Virus record (IMG/VR): IMGVR_UViG_3300042310_000541
Location: 11,563-75,562 of that record
Reading direction: 5' to 3' (one strand)
DNA from: a virus
DNA length: 64,000 nt
Every line of letters starts with the position of its first letter. Position 1 is the first letter of the stretch. The notes under the pieces are model-generated. The model saw only the letters and a program-made list of their open reading frames with translations. It had not been told where the DNA came from and did not search any database. Below, piece after piece: positions 58,896 to 64,000 of this stretch. The translations under genes were made by a program, and so were the position numbers.

Positions 58896-59105
58896 TTAAA
58901 TATTATTATAAGGATTTTCATTAATCCATTCTCTCAAGAATTTATCTTTTTCTGACTCATCAGAAAATAAAAATTCACTAAAACTGTCTCTGTTAGCAAT
59001 TCTATTCCATGTATCTACATTATTAGGAAGACTTTTTCCATTAAGTGTCTTATCACGAATTTTATATTTGCCTTGCATGCTATTTAATAATTCTTCTATT
59101 GTCAT
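58896..59105 (-). CDS. Hypothetical protein
   Basis: 69 aa, fills the operon gap. Confidence 0.5.
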   Translation of the reverse strand: MTIEELLNSMQGKYKIRDKTLNGKSLPNNVDTWNRIANRDSFSEFLFSDESEKDKFLREWINENPYNNI

Positions 59106-59106
59106 T

Positions 59107-59853
59107 TTATAATTCTTTTATTTTACTTTGTAATAAAACTAACTCTTCATCACTTAATTCATGTTTCTCAAGCCATAAAGTCAATATTGCTTTTAATATC
59201 TTACTATTAGCTTTCATAATAATTAATTTTTCATCAAAATTAACACTATTGAATATGTTATGATATTCTATTAATTTATCTAAAAGATCAATATATTTCT
59301 CAACTACTAAATCAGTATTGTAACCTCTCTTATGATACTTAATGCATCTTTCAAATTGTCTCAGCAATCTATTTATGGTCCAAATATCATCAGCATAAAA
59401 AGCAGTATTCCACTTATTCCAATGAGCTGTCTTTCCGTCATTTTGAGATAAATCTAAAATTTGCTTTGTTTTAATATCATAACCCTTAGAAATAATATCT
59501 AAGTCAAAAGAGCTGATTACATTAAATATACTTGTATCTTTCTTTTTGTAAATAACATTTACATCAACAGCTAAGTTATATTTAAATTTAATAGTAATTA
59601 ATCCAAGTTTTTCTAATGATGATTTTTTGTTGTTAGTCCATTCCTTGAATTTCCATTGCTCTATTGGCTCTAAAAGCTGAAACATTTGATTATGTTTCAT
59701 TCCATAAAGTATCTTTGTAAATGATGATTCATTATAAACAAATAAATCTATATCTTGTCCATCATAGTAATCTAATAATGCTGATCCTGTTATGCAACCA
59801 TCAATATCTTGCTCTTTAAGCCATTCAATAGCTTTGTTTATTATTTCTTTCAT
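59107..59853 (-). CDS. Pol-beta-superfamily nucleotidyltransferase
   Basis: ITGS(x9)DIDLF, third Asp in VDVN, FDLDI, R..KY.KRGY. Confidence 0.8.
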   Translation of the reverse strand: MKEIINKAIEWLKEQDIDGCITGSALLDYYDGQDIDLFVYNESSFTKILYGMKHNQMFQLLEPIEQWKFKEWTNNKKSSLEKLGLITIKFKYNLAVDVNVIYKKKDTSIFNVISSFDLDIISKGYDIKTKQILDLSQNDGKTAHWNKWNTAFYADDIWTINRLLRQFERCIKYHKRGYNTDLVVEKYIDLLDKLIEYHNIFNSVNFDEKLIIMKANSKILKAILTLWLEKHELSDEELVLLQSKIKEL

Positions 59854-59868
59854 GTTTTTTTATTTAAA

Positions 59869-60138
59869 ATTGGGCTTTGTTATATATTATGTAAAAACCA
59901 CCTTATGCAGTAGATTAGCGCCTAAGCTTAGATTAATCAGTAATTAAAGTTAGCACTTTATATGATAGCCTCCAAGATGTTACCTATTTCTCTCTCAAGT
60001 AGAGTTTTACTTCATCTTCTGTAGGATTTCTGGATTAGTTCTTCTACTAACTAATTCTGTTAAGTACAGCTACTATTTACTATAATTTAGTAAGGAATAA
60101 ATTTAATCAATCTTCCTGTTTTATGATTGATACCCAAT
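59869..60138 (-). ncRNA. Candidate large structured RNA (~270 nt), family unassigned
   Basis: Largest non-intron ORF-free gap; closing stem ATTGGGT/GCCCAAT, at least six inner helices and two candidate pseudoknots. Confidence 0.6.
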
Positions 60139-60146
60139 GTTATTTT

Positions 60147-60638
60147 TTATGAATTTAAGTGTGGCTCTACAATCTTAACTGCTTCTAAAATTTCAGCAAT
60201 TGTATAGATTTTAGTTAACTTAACAATACCTTCACTAAAAAATAAACCAAACTGTTCAAAATCATTAAGAACATTAAATTGTTGCATAGATTGATTAATT
60301 CTTTCTGTTGCAGATGAATTTTGGTTAAAATTAATCCAAGACAATGCTTCTTCAGCTAACTTGTTCTTTAAAGGCATTTCAGGTTTAACTGGAGATGACT
60401 CATACTTAACACCTTCAGCAGAATTAATTTCATTCATAACTTGAGTTACGCAATCTTGAAAACTATCAACCTTAGCAGCTTTAAATGTTTTGTTTTGTAC
60501 ATTATTAGCCAAGCTAACTAAATAATGAGCTTTTTGTTGAGCTTCAACAAATGTTGTGTGAGAAATTGGTGAACCATCTGATGCAGATAAGTAACCACCA
60601 TTCATTAATTCGATTTCACTTTGTTTTAAAAATTTCAT
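60147..60638 (-). CDS. Hypothetical protein
   Basis: 163 aa, mostly helical, A-rich start context. Confidence 0.65.
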   Translation of the reverse strand: MKFLKQSEIELMNGGYLSASDGSPISHTTFVEAQQKAHYLVSLANNVQNKTFKAAKVDSFQDCVTQVMNEINSAEGVKYESSPVKPEMPLKNKLAEEALSWINFNQNSSATERINQSMQQFNVLNDFEQFGLFFSEGIVKLTKIYTIAEILEAVKIVEPHLNS

Positions 60639-60667
60639 GTTTTTGTTTTTAAATTATTAATTATTAT

Positions 60668-61681
60668 TTACTTTTTTTTATTTAAATCCTTTACCCAATT
60701 GTCAATGTGGGTTACATTGTATGTGTCAAACCATCTTGCATAACCAGCCAATTTACTATTATCATGAGTATGAAATGAAAGAATATTATCAATCTCCCAT
60801 TTACAAAGTTTTTTACCATCTACATCTGTTATTGCTTTATCACTTCTACTCCATTTATGGCCGGGACAATCATTATCTCCAAAAACAATAGCTGTTTTGT
60901 AAACCCTTTTTTCTGATAACAACTTTTTAAAATAAGCCTGGTCATTATTTTGTCCAATTTCACTGTAAAGATCATCAGGAACCAAACCATCTACTTTATC
61001 ATAATCATAAATAACACTTTTGCCACCAGTAATAAGCACATCAGCATAAAATTGATCTGCCATTGTTTTAGCAAGTGTAAGCATGGTCATTGAAACTCCA
61101 TTAGGAATACTTCCTGATATATCAATAATAATTACATTTTTCTTAGGGCTATTAAACTCTAGTCCTCCCAATGGTAAATCTAGTTTCTTATTATACAACA
61201 TTGGATTGTAAGTAACTGAATTTAAAATATTTTCATTCACAGCAGCTTCAATGTCCATAAGCCAGCAAGGAATAAGTTTTAAATCTTTAATTACATCAAT
61301 ATCTACTTTATAAGATATTTCATTTAAAAAGTTAGATGCATCTATTGCAGATCCACCTTCATTTTCTAAAGATCCTAATTCCATCCAATCTTCATCAGAA
61401 ATTTCAGCATCATGCATTCCAGATGATTTTGCAATACCATAATTCCAAGTATTAACATATCCATTATCTGCAAGTATTTGCTTCCAGCTAAATGGAAGAT
61501 CAGTTTCAATCATAGATTTCCACAATACTTCAAACTCCATCATTTGAACACAATTGTTATAATCTGACATTCTTCCTCTTATAAAAGGAATTCCTAAAGG
61601 AACATTTTGCAAATCTTTAGCTGTCTCAACTAAATAAACAATTGGCAACTGCACTCTTTTACTTTGAATTAATTTTATCAT
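60668..61681 (-). CDS. vWA-domain protein
   Basis: IIIDISGS MIDAS motif, IVFGD; overlaps the AAA gene stop. Confidence 0.7.
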   Translation of the reverse strand: MIKLIQSKRVQLPIVYLVETAKDLQNVPLGIPFIRGRMSDYNNCVQMMEFEVLWKSMIETDLPFSWKQILADNGYVNTWNYGIAKSSGMHDAEISDEDWMELGSLENEGGSAIDASNFLNEISYKVDIDVIKDLKLIPCWLMDIEAAVNENILNSVTYNPMLYNKKLDLPLGGLEFNSPKKNVIIIDISGSIPNGVSMTMLTLAKTMADQFYADVLITGGKSVIYDYDKVDGLVPDDLYSEIGQNNDQAYFKKLLSEKRVYKTAIVFGDNDCPGHKWSRSDKAITDVDGKKLCKWEIDNILSFHTHDNSKLAGYARWFDTYNVTHIDNWVKDLNKKK

Positions 61682-62466
61682 TGTTCTTCTGTTTTAATTT
61701 TTCTTTTTAATTTTAACCAAGAAATCTTTTCATCTGGCATCCACTGTCTCTTATCACTATACTCAATAGGCTCACCGGTTGTATTAGTAACAAGTTTATT
61801 AAGTATTGGATTTAATTTTGATTCATAAGGAGTTGGAACTTCATTAATTATCATATTAACAGCCTTATCTACTGATCTAGGACTGTAATAATTTCTAGAT
61901 GAAGATAAGAATGTCTCATTTTGAATAAGAGATACTAATTCTGTCATAACCTCGTCAATTACATTGTATTTTTTATACATATATCTGCTCCACATAGAAG
62001 CATCAAAATTTACATCGTAAAATATAAATCTTTCTTTTATTTGAGGAGTTAGCATACTAGCACCTTGATTATTAGCAGCTGCAACAATCATAACTTTAGG
62101 CAATGGTTTGCCGCTAATCATTTTTCTTGTAGTTAACAATGTAAGAAATGCATTTAAAACCATAGGGTTAGTGTTAAGTAACTCATCAAGAAACAAAATA
62201 TCTCCATCATTCATAGTTAACAATCTGTCATAGTCAAAGTAAGTCATCATTTTAGTCTCTTGGCTTGGTATTGCAATTCCACTAATTTCGTGAGGCATTA
62301 AAGTTGAACCAATCATCTCAACAACATTAACACCTTTTTCTTTTGCAAATTCATGTATCAATATTGATTTACCAAGTCCAGGATTGCCTATAAATAAAGG
62401 AATGCAACTATTCCTCATTTCTTGATCATTATATATTTTTTCTAATACTTCTTTTATTATTTTCAC
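61678..62466 (-). CDS. MoxR-like AAA+ ATPase
   Basis: GNPGLGKS, LFLDEL, VAAAN, ERF, SPRS. Confidence 0.85.
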   Translation of the reverse strand: MKIIKEVLEKIYNDQEMRNSCIPLFIGNPGLGKSILIHEFAKEKGVNVVEMIGSTLMPHEISGIAIPSQETKMMTYFDYDRLLTMNDGDILFLDELLNTNPMVLNAFLTLLTTRKMISGKPLPKVMIVAAANNQGASMLTPQIKERFIFYDVNFDASMWSRYMYKKYNVIDEVMTELVSLIQNETFLSSSRNYYSPRSVDKAVNMIINEVPTPYESKLNPILNKLVTNTTGEPIEYSDKRQWMPDEKISWLKLKRKIKTEEQ

Positions 62467-62479
62467 TATTAATTTAATT

Positions 62480-63424
62480 TTATATTATTTGTTTTTGCTT
62501 TAAAAATTCTGTTAATTTGTCTTTATCATTGTTTTTAATAACATCACTTGGATCTTTCTTTAATTCAATAGGATTTACAATCCATTTTAATCCATAAGTT
62601 TCTTCATAATTTTTGCTTGCATTTATTCCGGCTTTATCATTATTTAAATAAACAATTATGTCTTTAAATCTTTCTGATAAAACAGACATTTGAAGTTCAG
62701 GTATCAATGTTGTTTCAGATTTTCCAGCTATGCAATGTAAGGAATAATTTTCATTTAAACAAGCCACATCCTTTAAACTACTGGTTATAATTAACAAATC
62801 TCCACTTTTTTCTAATTGGTTATAACCTTGAATATCAGAGCTGCTTGTGTTTGAAAACCATTTTTCTTCTTTGCTTCTTTCTGGAAACATCAAATTATAC
62901 TTATTATTACCAAAATAATAAGAAAAACCTAAGTCATTTACCTTAAACCTACAATTGTCAATCCAGTTATAATCAAGCTCTTGTATGTAAAATTTATTTA
63001 ATGATTTTTTACTTATTCCATATTGTTTCCAATAATCAATTCCAGCAGTTGTAAAGAGTTTTGATTTTATAGCTATAATTGTTTCTTTTTTGACGTATTT
63101 TCTTGGTTGAACTCCAAATATTATTGGATTTGAATTTAAATTTAAGTTAAACAATTTAAAATCATTCGCAATAATATTTAGAGCTTCAACAAATAAAACA
63201 CCATATTTAAACATAACAAGATCAAAACAGCTTCCTTTTAATCCACTGCTAAAGTCATTAAAATACATATTTTTATAAACTACACAACTTGGAGTTTTTT
63301 CCTCGTTAAATGGGCTAAAAAAATGAACTTCTACTTCTTCAAAATCTGAATACTTTGCAAATATGTCTTCTTCAGACACACTAGAAAGTATTTCATCTTT
63401 TGTTATGTTTACTTTTGCTATCAA
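62480..63424 (-). CDS. dnaG: DnaG-type DNA primase
   Basis: SPF.EEKTPS N-terminal domain; TOPRIM region LIITSSLKDV, SET, NNDKAG, KDPSD; TTG start. Confidence 0.8.
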   Translation of the reverse strand: MIAKVNITKDEILSSVSEEDIFAKYSDFEEVEVHFFSPFNEEKTPSCVVYKNMYFNDFSSGLKGSCFDLVMFKYGVLFVEALNIIANDFKLFNLNLNSNPIIFGVQPRKYVKKETIIAIKSKLFTTAGIDYWKQYGISKKSLNKFYIQELDYNWIDNCRFKVNDLGFSYYFGNNKYNLMFPERSKEEKWFSNTSSSDIQGYNQLEKSGDLLIITSSLKDVACLNENYSLHCIAGKSETTLIPELQMSVLSERFKDIIVYLNNDKAGINASKNYEETYGLKWIVNPIELKKDPSDVIKNNDKDKLTEFLKQKQII

Positions 63425-63430
63425 AATCTA

Positions 63431-64000
63431 CTAAAATAAATCAACTTTAGCTGTAGCTTGAGAGTCAGGTGCAACTAAAGCATTGCTAGAGTTGAAGAAT
63501 TTAAATGCTAAGCTATTTTGATAGTTAGATTTAAATTGACCATATTCCTCATTCAAAGACTTAGTAAAACCATCTGTCTTCTTGTTTCTTGATGATTGGA
63601 AATATCTTCCATAAACATCATCATACATCTTGCCATCATCAGCAATCTTAACTCCAAGCAAATAAGTTAATCCATTGCCAACTTTTTGAGCTGACTTAAT
63701 GTATTCTCTTAATTCAGTTAATTTTCCATTAAAAATATCATCAAATGATGTATTAAATTTAACATGATCAGCAGGAATAGATCCATCTTGAGAACCTCTT
63801 GATAAACCCAATAATTTGCTAAAGAACTCTAGTAAAGCTACTTCACCAACTTTTGCAACTCTTGCATTTTTACCAGTTTTAAACCAATCCATTTTAGGAT
63901 TTTCTGAAATAGCTTCAACACTTGAAGACCAAGAATGTTGTAAAATATCATTTACAACTCTTACATTGCCTTTAGATGAAACTTCATCTCTATTTTCTAG
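63431..64000 (-). CDS. Replication-module protein (possibly SSB-like), 5'-truncated by the window edge
   Basis: Frame open to position 64000; R.A..GE..L..F motif; C-terminus ends DLF; directly upstream of the primase. Confidence 0.45.
   Translation of the reverse strand, partial: LENRDEVSSKGNVRVVNDILQHSWSSSVEAISENPKMDWFKTGKNARVAKVGEVALLEFFSKLLGLSRGSQDGSIPADHVKFNTSFDDIFNGKLTELREYIKSAQKVGNGLTYLLGVKIADDGKMYDDVYGRYFQSSRNKKTDGFTKSLNEEYGQFKSNYQNSLAFKFFNSSNALVAPDSQATAKVDLF

Noticed and set aside
59945-60040. SAM-I riboswitch (GUGCUAA)
   Set aside because: Other conserved elements (AUC-P1, kink-turn P2, GCAAC) are not found in the right order.
1-64000. Stop-codon reassignment (TAG or TGA), known in some crAss-like phages
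   Set aside because: ORFs up to 5074 aa are intact in the standard code, and TAG and TGA serve as real stops with the next gene starting close by (e.g. 5596, 57161, 61678).
1-64000. CRISPR array or tRNA genes
   Set aside because: No regularly spaced identical repeats and no cloverleaf with a T-loop consensus seen in any intergenic gap.

Overview
AT-rich segment of a lytic Bacteroidetes phage genome with the gene order and hallmark proteins of crAss-like phages (Crassvirales); standard genetic code. The + strand (1-49158) carries virion genes: the end of the head/ring module, a mosaic tail-fibre cluster, a lysis cassette (holin-like genes, M15 endolysin, probable unimolecular spanin), ring, IHF-like, tail-tubular and tail-stabilisation/muzzle genes, then ejected cargo proteins. 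These include a 5074-aa virion RNA polymerase (GSDFDNDK) fused to zincin, SLOG, DUF4326-like, NADAR-like and Dda/RecD-type helicase modules, a ferritin and a 1790-aa polyvalent protein. The - strand (49184-64000) carries replication and nucleotide-metabolism genes: ATP-dependent ligase, DUF5664-HAD fusion, MazG, class II RNR split by a group I intron with a GIY-YIG endonuclease, phosphoesterase, 5'-3' exonuclease, RusA-like, Prim-Pol, nucleotidyltransferase, vWA/MoxR pair and DnaG primase. Best leads: an unassigned ~270-nt structured RNA inside the AAA-vWA-unknown-nucleotidyltransferase operon; a second ~140-nt structured RNA before the ligase; cargo proteins built of modules bounded by recurring short linker motifs; and a TM-like segment in the muzzle protein. 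All assignments are from motifs read by eye, with no database searches.
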